A DNA stretch of 64,000 nucleotides from Bryobacterales bacterium (GTDB taxonomy: Bacteria; Acidobacteriota; Terriglobia; Bryobacterales; Bryobacteraceae). This document shows positions 34,894 to 43,458 of this stretch, in pieces. Below the pieces are notes generated by a model. That model worked only from the letters and a program-made list of their open reading frames with translations. It searched no databases and was not told the DNA's origin. The stretch spans positions 712,026 through 776,025 of the forward strand of contig CAWEXX010000003.1 of the NCBI GenBank assembly GCA_963813145.1, in the 5' to 3' direction. How positions within the stretch are numbered: the stretch's first letter is position 1; each line of letters begins with the position of its first letter. Position numbers and translations under genes: made by a program.

Positions 34894-37773
34894 ATGACGA
34901 AAACCTTACTTTTTTTGTGTTCACTTACTGCTTATGCACAGACTGCGACTCTCGGAGGGCAGGTGGCGGACGAATCGGGCGCCGTGGTTCCTGGCGCCAA
35001 GGTCACGCTGACTGGTCCTGGGAACGTTGTCAAAGTCGCGACTGCTGGCGACAACGGCGGGTACTCGATCACCGGGCTTGTCGTGGGGAGTTATACCGTT
35101 GTGGCGGCGGCTCCTGATCTGGCGATGACTCCATCGAAGGTGGTTCTGAAAGCGGGATCGCAAACGTTGAATTTGCAACTGAAGGTTGCGTCGACCGTGC
35201 AGCAGGTTACGGTCGAGGAGAGCGTGGGGCCGGTATTGAGCACCGAGGCTTCTAGCAACGCTAGCGCGCTCGTCCTGCGCGGGGCGGATTTGCAGGCGCT
35301 TTCGGACGATCCGGAAGATTTGCAGGCCGATCTCGAAGCGCTGGCAGGGCCTTCGGCGGGGCCGAGCGGTGGATCGATTTTCATTGACGGGTTTAGCGGG
35401 GGCGAGCTGCCTCCCAAGGATTCGATTCGCGAGATCCGCATCAATCAAAATCCGTTTTCGCCGGAGTACGACAGTATTGGATTCGGACGGATTGAGATTT
35501 TCACCAAGCCCGGCTCCGACCGGTTTAGGGGCACGTTCTTTTACAACTTCGCCAATCAGATCTGGAACTCGCGCAATCCATACTCGGCGGAGAAGGCGGA
35601 CCTTTCGCTGAACGAATTTGGAGGGAACGCGAGCGGACCGATCAATAAGCGTGCTTCCTTCACGGTCGATTTTCAAAGGCATCTGATCGATAACGGCTCC
35701 ATTGTGAATGCGGTGACGCTGGATCCCGCGACGCTCGCGGCGACTTCGTTTCATCAGAATACGACCACGCCGCAGCACCGGTTCATCATCAGCCCGCGCC
35801 TCGATTACGCGCTGAGTCCGAACAACACGCTGGTGGTGCGCTACTCGGCGACGCAATACAATATTTCCGATCAGGGCATCGGCGGGTTCGATCTGCCGGC
35901 GCGCGGGTTGCACAACGATTATCTGAGCCAGACTGTGCAGGCGACCGAGACGGCCGTGCTGGGGATGAACATCAATGAAACGCGTTTCCAGTATTACCGC
36001 AACGCCTATCAACTGACGGCGAATTCGACCGACCCGACGCTTTCCGTACTGGGATCGTTCAACGACGGCGCGTCCTCGGTAGGCCGCACTTCCGATCATC
36101 AGAACTATTACGAGCTGCAGAATTACACGACGATTCCGAAGAAGGCGCATCAGTTCAAATTCGGGGTGAGGATGCGCGGGCAGACCGATAACAACACTGC
36201 GCCGACGAATTTCGGGGGCACGTTCACGTTCGCGGGAGGGCTCGCGCCGATGCTGGATGCCGGCAATCAGCCGATTGCGGGGACCTCGGTGCAGATTACT
36301 TCGATCGAGCGCTATCGGCGGACGCTGTTGTTTCAAGGGCTGGGATACACGCCTTTGCAGATTCAAGCGCTGGGCGGCGGAGCGTCGCAGTTCAGCATCA
36401 GCGCGGGGAATCCGAACCTGGCGCTGCACCAGTTTGACGCCGGCCTGTTCGTGGGCGACGACTGGAAGGTGCGGCCGAATTTCACGCTGAATCTCGGGCT
36501 GCGGTATGAGATGCAGACCAACATCAACGACCATGCGGACTTCGCGCCTCGCATTGGTTTTGCATATGCTCCTGGCGGAAGCAATAATTCCAAGCCGAAG
36601 ACGGTGATCCGCGGCGGATTCGGGATGTTCTACGACCGTTTCGGGCTTCGGAACACACTGACCGCGGACCGGTTCAACGGACTGGTGGAACAGTCTTATG
36701 TGCTGACGAATCCGCTGTTCTATCCCAATATTCCGGCGATCGCATCGCTGACCGGGGCGCTTTCGACGCAACTGATTTATGAGAAGGATGCGAATTTGCA
36801 CGCTCCTTACCTGATGCAGAGCGCGGTGACGCTCGAGAGGCAGCTGCCGGCGAATACCACGCTGGCGATGACTTACACGAACTCCCACGGGCTGCATGAA
36901 CTGCGGTCGTTCGATATTAATGCGCCCCTAGCTGGAACTTATCCTGCGAGCCCGGTGTATCCGATGGGGAATCCGAATCCGCTGCTGTTGATGACCAGTT
37001 CCGGTGTGTATAACCAGAATCAGTTGATGGCGAACGTCAATTCGCGCGTGAGCCAGAACGTTTCGCTATTTGGGTTTTACATGTTGAACAAAGCCATGAG
37101 CAATACGGACGGGCTGGGGACGTATCCTTCGAATCCATATTCACAGGCGGGGGAATATGGGCCGTCGTCGATGGATATCCGGCATCGGGCATTTATTGGA
37201 GGGTCGTTCAGCACCAAATGGAATTTGAGGTTTAGTCCGTTTATCAACTTGAGCTCGGGGGCTCCGTTCGATATTACTTCGGGGTCGGATGCGTATGGGA
37301 CTTCGCTGTTCAACTCGCGGCCGGGGATTGCGACGGGGCCGGGTGCGGGGTTGATTCAGACGAAATACGGTCTGCTGGATCCAAACCCGAAGCCGGGAGA
37401 GACGATCATCGGGCGCAATTACGGGCGCGGGCCCGGGCAGTTCACTGTGAACCTGCGAGTGGCGAAGACATTTGGGTTCGGGCCGGAGAAGGTGAAGGCT
37501 TCGGGGATGAGTCCTACGGGCGGAGGCATGCCGGGGCACGATCATGGGGGGATGGGGAATATTTTTAGCGCTCCTACCACGGATCGGAAATATAATTTGA
37601 CGGTTTCGATGTCGGGGCGGAATTTATTGAATCATACGAATCCGGGGGCGATTATCGGGGATATCACGTCGCCGCTGTTTGGTCAGGCGAATTCGCTGGC
37701 GGGTGGGGGTGGTGGGTTTTCGGAGAATGCTAATAATCGGAGGTTGGAGTTGCAGATGAGGTTTACTTTTTAG
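34894..37773 (+). CDS. TonB-dependent receptor with CarboxypepD_reg-like N-terminal domain
   Basis: 959-aa ORF with a signal peptide. TATLGGQVADESGAVVPGAKVTL, plug-like region, beta-barrel-like repeats and a terminal F. Confidence 0.85.
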   Translation: MTKTLLFLCSLTAYAQTATLGGQVADESGAVVPGAKVTLTGPGNVVKVATAGDNGGYSITGLVVGSYTVVAAAPDLAMTPSKVVLKAGSQTLNLQLKVASTVQQVTVEESVGPVLSTEASSNASALVLRGADLQALSDDPEDLQADLEALAGPSAGPSGGSIFIDGFSGGELPPKDSIREIRINQNPFSPEYDSIGFGRIEIFTKPGSDRFRGTFFYNFANQIWNSRNPYSAEKADLSLNEFGGNASGPINKRASFTVDFQRHLIDNGSIVNAVTLDPATLAATSFHQNTTTPQHRFIISPRLDYALSPNNTLVVRYSATQYNISDQGIGGFDLPARGLHNDYLSQTVQATETAVLGMNINETRFQYYRNAYQLTANSTDPTLSVLGSFNDGASSVGRTSDHQNYYELQNYTTIPKKAHQFKFGVRMRGQTDNNTAPTNFGGTFTFAGGLAPMLDAGNQPIAGTSVQITSIERYRRTLLFQGLGYTPLQIQALGGGASQFSISAGNPNLALHQFDAGLFVGDDWKVRPNFTLNLGLRYEMQTNINDHADFAPRIGFAYAPGGSNNSKPKTVIRGGFGMFYDRFGLRNTLTADRFNGLVEQSYVLTNPLFYPNIPAIASLTGALSTQLIYEKDANLHAPYLMQSAVTLERQLPANTTLAMTYTNSHGLHELRSFDINAPLAGTYPASPVYPMGNPNPLLLMTSSGVYNQNQLMANVNSRVSQNVSLFGFYMLNKAMSNTDGLGTYPSNPYSQAGEYGPSSMDIRHRAFIGGSFSTKWNLRFSPFINLSSGAPFDITSGSDAYGTSLFNSRPGIATGPGAGLIQTKYGLLDPNPKPGETIIGRNYGRGPGQFTVNLRVAKTFGFGPEKVKASGMSPTGGGMPGHDHGGMGNIFSAPTTDRKYNLTVSMSGRNLLNHTNPGAIIGDITSPLFGQANSLAGGGGGFSENANNRRLELQMRFTF

Positions 37774-37811
37774 TTGTTGGTCGCGAAGGAGCGGGGATCG
37801 CCAATAGCAGC

Positions 37812-38408
37812 TTAGATAGGCCAAGCGATGTTTCGGCGGAAATCGGAGTGGGCCAACAGTTCAGGAGCGGGATGATAGCCCGGTACAGTTACGAGCGCGA
37901 CCTGGAGCCCGGCACGCCTGGCGTGCTTCATCGCCGGGATGCAGTCGGTGTCGTTCGTTACGAGGGCGATCAGGTCAATAGAGTGATTCGCCGAAATAGT
38001 CGCCATGTCTAAGCCGATCCTCATATCAACGCCCTTCTGCTCGAATTTGGCTTCGAAATCGGAATCGGTCAGCGGCGACGCAGGGGTGTATGGGATTCTT
38101 GATTGCTTGAGAATGAAGCCCCGAAATTTGAGCACACCGATTCTCACCGCGAACAAATCCTTGTGCGACAGATCGTGCAACCATTTGTCCGAGCCACCGA
38201 ACGCCTTCTTCGTACCCGACACTGGCCTAATGGCCTCGCCTTCATAAGGCCGGCAATCGTAATAGAGGATGCGCTGGATCACCTCGTCCGCGAGGGCGCA
38301 GGCATGTGCGATTTTCTCAATATAATCGGGGACAAATGAGTTGCCAGATTTTCTCGTGTACACACGAAGGTGGCCGCCGTCGATAAGAACGGCAATCTTC
38401 TGTTTCAT
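37812..38408 (-). CDS. Stand-alone NYN (LabA-like PIN-fold) domain protein
   Basis: 198-aa ORF. IAVLIDGGHL, QKGVDMRIGLDM and LVTNDTDCIPAM give the NYN acidic-residue pattern. Visibly lower GC than the flanks. Confidence 0.75.
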   Translation of the reverse strand: MKQKIAVLIDGGHLRVYTRKSGNSFVPDYIEKIAHACALADEVIQRILYYDCRPYEGEAIRPVSGTKKAFGGSDKWLHDLSHKDLFAVRIGVLKFRGFILKQSRIPYTPASPLTDSDFEAKFEQKGVDMRIGLDMATISANHSIDLIALVTNDTDCIPAMKHARRAGLQVALVTVPGYHPAPELLAHSDFRRNIAWPI

Positions 38409-38410
38409 GG

Positions 38411-38451
38411 CAAGAAATAATGAAGGCCCAAGAAGTTGCCTCCTTGGGCCT
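38411..38451 (-). terminator. Terminator-like hairpin downstream of the DUF3223 gene
   Basis: On the minus strand, AGGCCCAAG-GAGGCAACTT-CTTGGGCCT followed by a U-rich TCATTATTTCTT. Confidence 0.5.
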
Positions 38452-38601
38452 CGTATAGTACCCGCCTACGGGCGTATCGGATAAAAACTCAGCGGCTTAA
38501 AGAGCCGCCCAAAAATATTCTACTATAATTATCGGCTGAAAAACAATCACAATTCGAAGCGTGAGAGCCGCTCCCCGGGCTGGACAGCTTGGTTTCGCGA
38601 T

Positions 38602-38910
38602 TCAGTGAGACTTTCGCTTGCCGGTAATGCCCGGTTCGTAAGAGAAATGGACAGTCGTTCCATCTTCGCGTTCGAGCCGGAAGCACTCTGTGCCGTGCGC
38701 TGCAGACGCTTTAAAAAACCGTTTTACTCCGCAGCCGACTTTCTCTTGCGCATCCGGGTGGCGTTCTAAGAGTTTCCTCAGAAGCCTCGAGTCCTCCTCG
38801 GCGATATCTTGCTTGTTGCGATAGCGACCGAGCATCTCTTTAAAAAAAGCGAGCGCTTCGCTGTTCGACTTGAACGCCTTCGCTCCGATGATGACTTGAT
38901 GTCCTGCCAC
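38602..38910 (-). CDS. DUF3223 (DCL-like) domain protein
   Basis: 102-aa ORF with a GTG start directly behind a TGTGATAAT extended -10-like box. FKSNSEALAFFKEMLGRY...ECFRLEREDGTTVHFSY resembles DUF3223 as I recall it. Confidence 0.6.
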   Translation of the reverse strand: MAGHQVIIGAKAFKSNSEALAFFKEMLGRYRNKQDIAEEDSRLLRKLLERHPDAQEKVGCGVKRFFKASAAHGTECFRLEREDGTTVHFSYEPGITGKRKSH

Positions 38911-38957
38911 TTTGTCATTATCACACTCAAGCGGAGTGAGTGATTGTCCGCGTGCAT

Positions 38958-40619
38958 TCAGTGAAGAGACATACGGAAGCGGCCGGTGGTGGTTAGGACT
39001 TGTTGGGTTTTGTCGTATTCCATGCGGGTTCTGGTGAGTTGTTCGTCGCGGATTTGGCGCATTCCTTCTTGCACCAGGCCGAGCACTACGTACCAGCCGA
39101 TGCCGCCTACCAGGATTGGTTTTACCAGGCCCAGGGCGCCTTCGAATCGCAACAGAGGCGAGTTCCAGAACATGTGCAGCAGGACGGGCACGAAGAAGGT
39201 CCGGAGGAAGCGCGGGTCGAAGAGCATCCCGGGGCGGAACGGGTTGCCTCCTTTGACGCGCCAGAGCGCGCCGGCTGCAATGGCGCTCCAGGCGACGTGC
39301 ATGAAGGGCGCGTAGTAGGAGCGGCGGTGGATCAGAGTGATCATGCCGTCATAGCCGTAGACCAGCGCGTGGCCCAGCAGTTTGCGGACTTCCTCGCTGT
39401 TGGGATTGCGCAGGAAATACCGCAGGAAGCCGTCGAAGAATCCATCGCTGAAAGCGTAGCCGGCGGTTTCGAAGGCTCCGAAGCCTCCTCCGATGGCGGC
39501 TCCGAAGACCAGGCCGTTCAATATGTATTTGTACTTGACGTTGCGCACCACCAACACGACGGCTAGTAATTTTCCGGTTTCCTCGCAGATTCCCGCGCTG
39601 GCCGCGCCGAGCCAATCGAGCTTCATCACGTCGAAGGCGATCAGGCTGACGGCTAGCGAAATCACGCCGCCCAGGCACACCAGTATCAGCACCATATGAA
39701 AACTTATGTTGCGCGGTGTGTTCAATTCCCAGAACAGAAAGACCGTGGCCAAGGGAACGACCAGCGACCCCATGATGATCAGGCCAGGCACGATGCGCGG
39801 GTTGTTGGAGATATCGAACATTTCAAAAAAAATGAAATAGACGAGGGCCATGAAAATCAGCACGCGCATGAAGAACCACGGCTTGGGCCAGCCGGTCATG
39901 ACTTCGTCGATATGCGGCGTGGTCCTGGGAGTGCCGACGATTAAATAATCCTCGAGCTCGCCGGGCTTGCGTCCCTTGAATACTTCGGAGAACATGGCGC
40001 CGAGACTGAAGCCGACCAGTTTATCGGTGCTGGTGAGTTTCGCCAGGCGGTCACCGAGAGTGCCCAGAAGACTGGTGAGCTCGACCGGCGCGGTGCCGAC
40101 CTGCCAGGTGGACATGCCCAACTGAAACTGTTGTCCGTTGGAGAGAGTTCCCTGCGTCACCTCGACGCCGGCGACGCGGAGCTTGGCTCCGGCGAAGGTG
40201 CGGAATTGCAGGACGTTGCGCTGCCAGGAGAGGACCACGTGATTTTCGGCGACGGAGGGATCGTTATTTCCGATCCCGGAGACGCGTCCGAGAGAGACCT
40301 CGGCGATGCTGATCATGTAGGCTTTGCCGGTGTCGGGTCCGGAGACGCATTGGACTTTGATGGCGTAAGTAAGCGCTTCGGGCGCTCTCGAAATCCCGCT
40401 GGGAGGCTGCGGGCGGATGGTGAGCAGGTGCGCGAGAGCGGTGGAAGCGGGGCTCCAGGTCTGCCAGCCGGCTTGCGCGACTTGGGCGGCGGAGCTTAAC
40501 GATCCGGCATGAATCAGCCTGGCGATATCGGCGCAGGGGACGGGGCCGCGAGTCTCCGATCCGTCGAGGTAATACCATTGATCGGGAGAATGAGCGGCGA
40601 AGTCGGAGGATTCTGCCAT
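38958..40619 (-). CDS. GYF_2 - FHA - PrsW-family intramembrane protease fusion protein
   Basis: 553-aa ORF. WYYLDGSETRGPV..AGWQTWSPA (GYF_2-like), VSLGRVSG..ENHVVLSW (FHA-like), then about 8 TM helices with the PrsW motifs EExxK (CEETGKL) and HxxxN (HMFWN). Confidence 0.7.
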   Translation of the reverse strand: MAESSDFAAHSPDQWYYLDGSETRGPVPCADIARLIHAGSLSSAAQVAQAGWQTWSPASTALAHLLTIRPQPPSGISRAPEALTYAIKVQCVSGPDTGKAYMISIAEVSLGRVSGIGNNDPSVAENHVVLSWQRNVLQFRTFAGAKLRVAGVEVTQGTLSNGQQFQLGMSTWQVGTAPVELTSLLGTLGDRLAKLTSTDKLVGFSLGAMFSEVFKGRKPGELEDYLIVGTPRTTPHIDEVMTGWPKPWFFMRVLIFMALVYFIFFEMFDISNNPRIVPGLIIMGSLVVPLATVFLFWELNTPRNISFHMVLILVCLGGVISLAVSLIAFDVMKLDWLGAASAGICEETGKLLAVVLVVRNVKYKYILNGLVFGAAIGGGFGAFETAGYAFSDGFFDGFLRYFLRNPNSEEVRKLLGHALVYGYDGMITLIHRRSYYAPFMHVAWSAIAAGALWRVKGGNPFRPGMLFDPRFLRTFFVPVLLHMFWNSPLLRFEGALGLVKPILVGGIGWYVVLGLVQEGMRQIRDEQLTRTRMEYDKTQQVLTTTGRFRMSLH

Positions 40620-40658
40620 TGCGTTATTTTACAGAGTTCGGAGGGAGACAATGGGACG

Positions 40659-41324
40659 ATGCCAACTGAATTGAAAGCGACGAAAAAGATTGACGGCGAG
40701 CCGCGGTGGCCGGCAATGGTGGGAATGATCGCGATCGGCGGGCTGTTTTATGCGCTGCCTCCCGCGATGACGGTTGGTCCGGACTGGCTGGTGATGGTGC
40801 TGGTGGCAGTGCTGCTGACGCCCGCGATGCTGTTCCATCGAGCGGGGATGTTCAAAGCGAACCAGATTTTCGGGTATCTGGCGCTGGGCGTGGTGACTCT
40901 GTCGCTGGTGGCGTCGCTGGTGATACTGGTGCTGCGGCTGGCTTCGCACAAGGACACTCCGGCGGAGCTGCTGCGGGCCGCGGCGGCGTTGTGGGTCTCG
41001 AATATGCTGGTGTTCGCATCGTGGTATTGGAGGCTGGACGCGGGCGGTCCGAACCAGAGGGACCTGGTGCGGTCGCACACCGATGGGGCGTTTTTGTTTC
41101 CGCAAATGGTGCTGGATCCGGAGTTGCGGAAGGAGATGGGCGAGGACAAGTGGCGGCCGGGGTTCGTGGACTATTTGTTTTTGGCGTTTAACACGAGCAC
41201 GGCGTTTTCACCCACGGACGTGCCGGTGCTGTCGCGATGGGCGAAGGTGTTGATGATGCTGCAATCGGCGATATCGCTGACGGCGATCGCGATATTGGCG
41301 GCGAGGGCGGTGAATATTTTGTAG
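40659..41324 (+). CDS. DUF1345 membrane protein
   Basis: ORF 40509..41324 trimmed to ATG 40659. RWPAMVGMI.. and DYLFLAFNTSTAFSPTDV fit the DUF1345 pattern. Confidence 0.65.
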   Translation: MPTELKATKKIDGEPRWPAMVGMIAIGGLFYALPPAMTVGPDWLVMVLVAVLLTPAMLFHRAGMFKANQIFGYLALGVVTLSLVASLVILVLRLASHKDTPAELLRAAAALWVSNMLVFASWYWRLDAGGPNQRDLVRSHTDGAFLFPQMVLDPELRKEMGEDKWRPGFVDYLFLAFNTSTAFSPTDVPVLSRWAKVLMMLQSAISLTAIAILAARAVNIL

Positions 41325-41346
41325 GCGACTCGTGGCATATGGCAGA

Positions 41347-41424
41347 GACCCCTCCATAACTGTCGGGGTTCGGTTGTCGATCTCGCGGTATATTCTGCCG
41401 AACCCAGACAGTCATGGAGGGGTC
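41347..41424. repeat. Family-D element, full inverted pair
   Basis: GACCCCTCCATAACTGTCGGGGTTCGGT..GCCGAACCCAGACAGTCATGGAGGGGTC. Confidence 0.85.
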
Positions 41425-41431
41425 TGCTAAC

Positions 41432-41557
41432 GCGATGGCGCGGGTGCGGTGATCCCGATCCTTACCCCGAGAGTCATGGAGGGGACACGTTAACGAACCC
41501 GCCGATACAGGCTACTAATTGGCGAGCGATGTCGCGGGTGCGGTGATCCCGATCCTT
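41432..41557. repeat. 32-nt direct duplication bracketing a family-D half element
   Basis: GCGATG[G/T]CGCGGGTGCGGTGATCCCGATCCTT at 41432-41463 and 41526-41557 (31/32 identical). The 62-bp insert between them carries CCCCGAGAGTCATGGAGGGG. Confidence 0.85.
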
Positions 41558-42244
41558 GGCGGGGTTGAAATTGGCGATGGCTACGGCGGCTAGTTTGCCG
41601 GTGGAGATTACGTGGTGGACGGCGTCGAATAACTGGTCGGGGGTGATGCCTCCGGGCGCGGAGAAATTGACGCCGGGAGAGATCTCGGGGTCCAGCACGT
41701 CGAGATCTAGGTGCAGGTAGATCGTCTGGACGCGGGCGGCTAGCAGATCGACGGCGCGGGGAAATGCATCGAGCGTAGCGAGTGTAATTTTCGACGAGTG
41801 CAGGAGAACTTCTTCCAGAGGGTCGAGACTGCGGGTGGCGGCCAGGACCACGTTTTCCTCGGCCACCGGGCGCGGCATCAGGCTGGTGTGGCAATGGCCC
41901 GCGGCGACGGCGAGGGACATGCCTTCGAGCGCTCCGCTGATGGAGGTTTCGGGGGTATTGAAGTCGCCGTGCGCGTCGAGCCAGACGATTCCGGGGTCGT
42001 CGAGGGCGGCCAGGGTTCCCAGGGAAGAAGTGCAATTGCCGGCCAGGATCACGACGGGCTTCGGATGGGCGGATACGGCTTGAGTGAGGGCGGCGTTAAT
42101 ATCGGCTACGGCTTCGAGCTCGGGGGTGGCGAGGTTGGTGCGCTCCACGAGAACGCAGGGGCAGTCGAGGGTTTCGAGAATCGCCAAAGGGCCGAGGCCG
42201 ACTTCGACGGCGCGGCGTCCCAGGTGATAAGGGATCGCGATCAT
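41474..42244 (-). CDS. Arginase/agmatinase/formiminoglutamase-family (ureohydrolase) protein
   Basis: ORF 41474..42493 trimmed to ATG 42244 (ATGA overlap with the upstream gene). WLDAHGDFNTPETS, IYLHLDLDVLDP and SAPGGI metal-site motifs. Confidence 0.75.
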   Translation of the reverse strand: MIAIPYHLGRRAVEVGLGPLAILETLDCPCVLVERTNLATPELEAVADINAALTQAVSAHPKPVVILAGNCTSSLGTLAALDDPGIVWLDAHGDFNTPETSISGALEGMSLAVAAGHCHTSLMPRPVAEENVVLAATRSLDPLEEVLLHSSKITLATLDAFPRAVDLLAARVQTIYLHLDLDVLDPEISPGVNFSAPGGITPDQLFDAVHHVISTGKLAAVAIANFNPAKDRDHRTRDIARQLVACIGGFVNVSPP

Positions 42245-42846
42245 TGGCTGACCTTTTTCAGCAGAGCCATGAAGAGGGCTGTGAATGTGAGGCAGATTGC
42301 GGCTCCGGTCAAGCCGACTTCGGGTAGGGATTGGCCGTAGTAGATATACAGGACGAGTAGTCCGAAGAAGATCGCGCGGAGGCAGAAGGTGGCGATCCGG
42401 CGGGAGAATCGGACGGTGAGCAACGCGGCCAGCGACGCGACCATCGAGGAGGCGCCGAGGCCGAGCAGGACGGATTTCGCTACCGAAGGCCAATCGGGTG
42501 AGGGGAGGAATCCTCCGCGGCTAGACCAGGAAACCGTGGCGATGCCGATGCCCAGAAGGGTCAGCGCGACTGCTTCGCCGTACAGGACGCTGACCAGAAT
42601 CCGGGCGGTGGCCTGTTGAAAGGAGGGCGAAGTGCTGTCCGGAGTCGCTTCTGCTGCGGCCGGGCCGGCGAAAATCAGTCCCAGGCAGGCGTAGGCGCCG
42701 AGCACCTGGGAATCGAAAAAATCCGCCCCCTTCATGCGTGGGAGCCAGATTCCCGCTGCTCCGAGGAGCGCTAAATGAAACATCAATGCCTTAAAGGTGG
42801 TCATTCGGGAAGCAAGAATGCGGATTTCAGAGAGGAGCGTATTCAT
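42241..42846 (-). CDS. Hypothetical polytopic membrane protein
   Basis: 201-aa ORF with about 6 TM helices. Translationally coupled to the arginase-family gene. Confidence 0.55.
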   Translation of the reverse strand: MNTLLSEIRILASRMTTFKALMFHLALLGAAGIWLPRMKGADFFDSQVLGAYACLGLIFAGPAAAEATPDSTSPSFQQATARILVSVLYGEAVALTLLGIGIATVSWSSRGGFLPSPDWPSVAKSVLLGLGASSMVASLAALLTVRFSRRIATFCLRAIFFGLLVLYIYYGQSLPEVGLTGAAICLTFTALFMALLKKVSQ

Positions 42847-43002
42847 TGCAGATTCGTCTGAAACATGGTACCAATCAGCTTAGGGTTATACGACTAGGGA
42901 GTCGCCTTATATGACGATTAGGGCTATTTTGTCTAAGGCGGGAATACTCTTTTGTTTTCAGTTTCAGCCGATTAACAGGGGCAGTGACGGTAATTACGAA
43001 AA

Positions 43003-43383
43003 ATGCTCGATGACAGGCGTGTAGAACCTCGAATGCTGTGCGCGGACCTGGTGGACGTACAGTGGAAGGACCAGAGCGGGCGGACCCGTCGTGGTGTGGC
43101 CAATCTGGAAGACATTTCCCTTTCGGGCGCGTGCCTGCAAGTGGATAGGCCGGTACCGCAAGGGACGGCGCTGCGGATGAGCTATCCCAACGGCGAGCTT
43201 ACAGGCGTGGTGAAATACTGTGTCTTTCGCGAGATCGGCTATTTCCTGGGGGTCGAATTTGCGGCAGGCAGCCGGTGGTCCCAACGGCATTTCCGGCCGC
43301 AGCATCTGCTGGATCCGCGCCGCCTGGTGGGTCGGGTCACCAACCGCTTGAAGAGCGAAATTCCCCCGCCACTGGTCCATTAA
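43003..43383 (+). CDS. PilZ-domain protein (c-di-GMP receptor)
   Basis: 126-aa ORF with RxxxR (RRVEPR) and D/NxSxxG (DISLSG) motifs. Confidence 0.75.
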   Translation: MLDDRRVEPRMLCADLVDVQWKDQSGRTRRGVANLEDISLSGACLQVDRPVPQGTALRMSYPNGELTGVVKYCVFREIGYFLGVEFAAGSRWSQRHFRPQHLLDPRRLVGRVTNRLKSEIPPPLVH

Positions 43384-43399
43384 CCACACAGGCGGATTC

Positions 43400-43414
43400 T
43401 GGCACTGAAGTTGC
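43400..43414 (+). promoter_or_regulatory. Sigma-54 (-24/-12) promoter
   Basis: TGGCAC-TGAAG-TTGC is an exact match to the TGGCAC-N5-TTGC consensus, directly upstream of the exosortase gene. Confidence 0.7.
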
Positions 43415-43458
43415 CTTATTCTATAACTATGGTTGTCAGGGATGATCAATTACCGGTA

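Noticed and set aside
34921-36897. 658-aa ORF on the minus strand
   Set aside because: It is entirely antisense to the TonB-dependent receptor gene (34894-37773). It is extremely Arg/Pro/Gly/His-rich with no motifs, which is the typical shadow ORF of a high-GC coding region.
34767-37811. Genomic island integrated at tRNA-Ser
   Set aside because: There is no integrase and no direct repeat of the tRNA 3' end downstream. The adjacent TonB receptor has normal high GC. Only the region from 37774 to 38957 looks foreign.
38489-38686. 65-aa ORF between the NYN and DUF3223 genes
   Set aside because: It overlaps the 3' end of the DUF3223 CDS out of frame and spans the terminator hairpin. No motifs, and likely spurious.
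43411-43458. TTG at 43411 as the exosortase start codon
   Set aside because: The TTG is part of the -12 element (TTGC) of the sigma-54 promoter. Transcription would begin downstream of it, so the ATG at 43459 (or 43429) is preferred.
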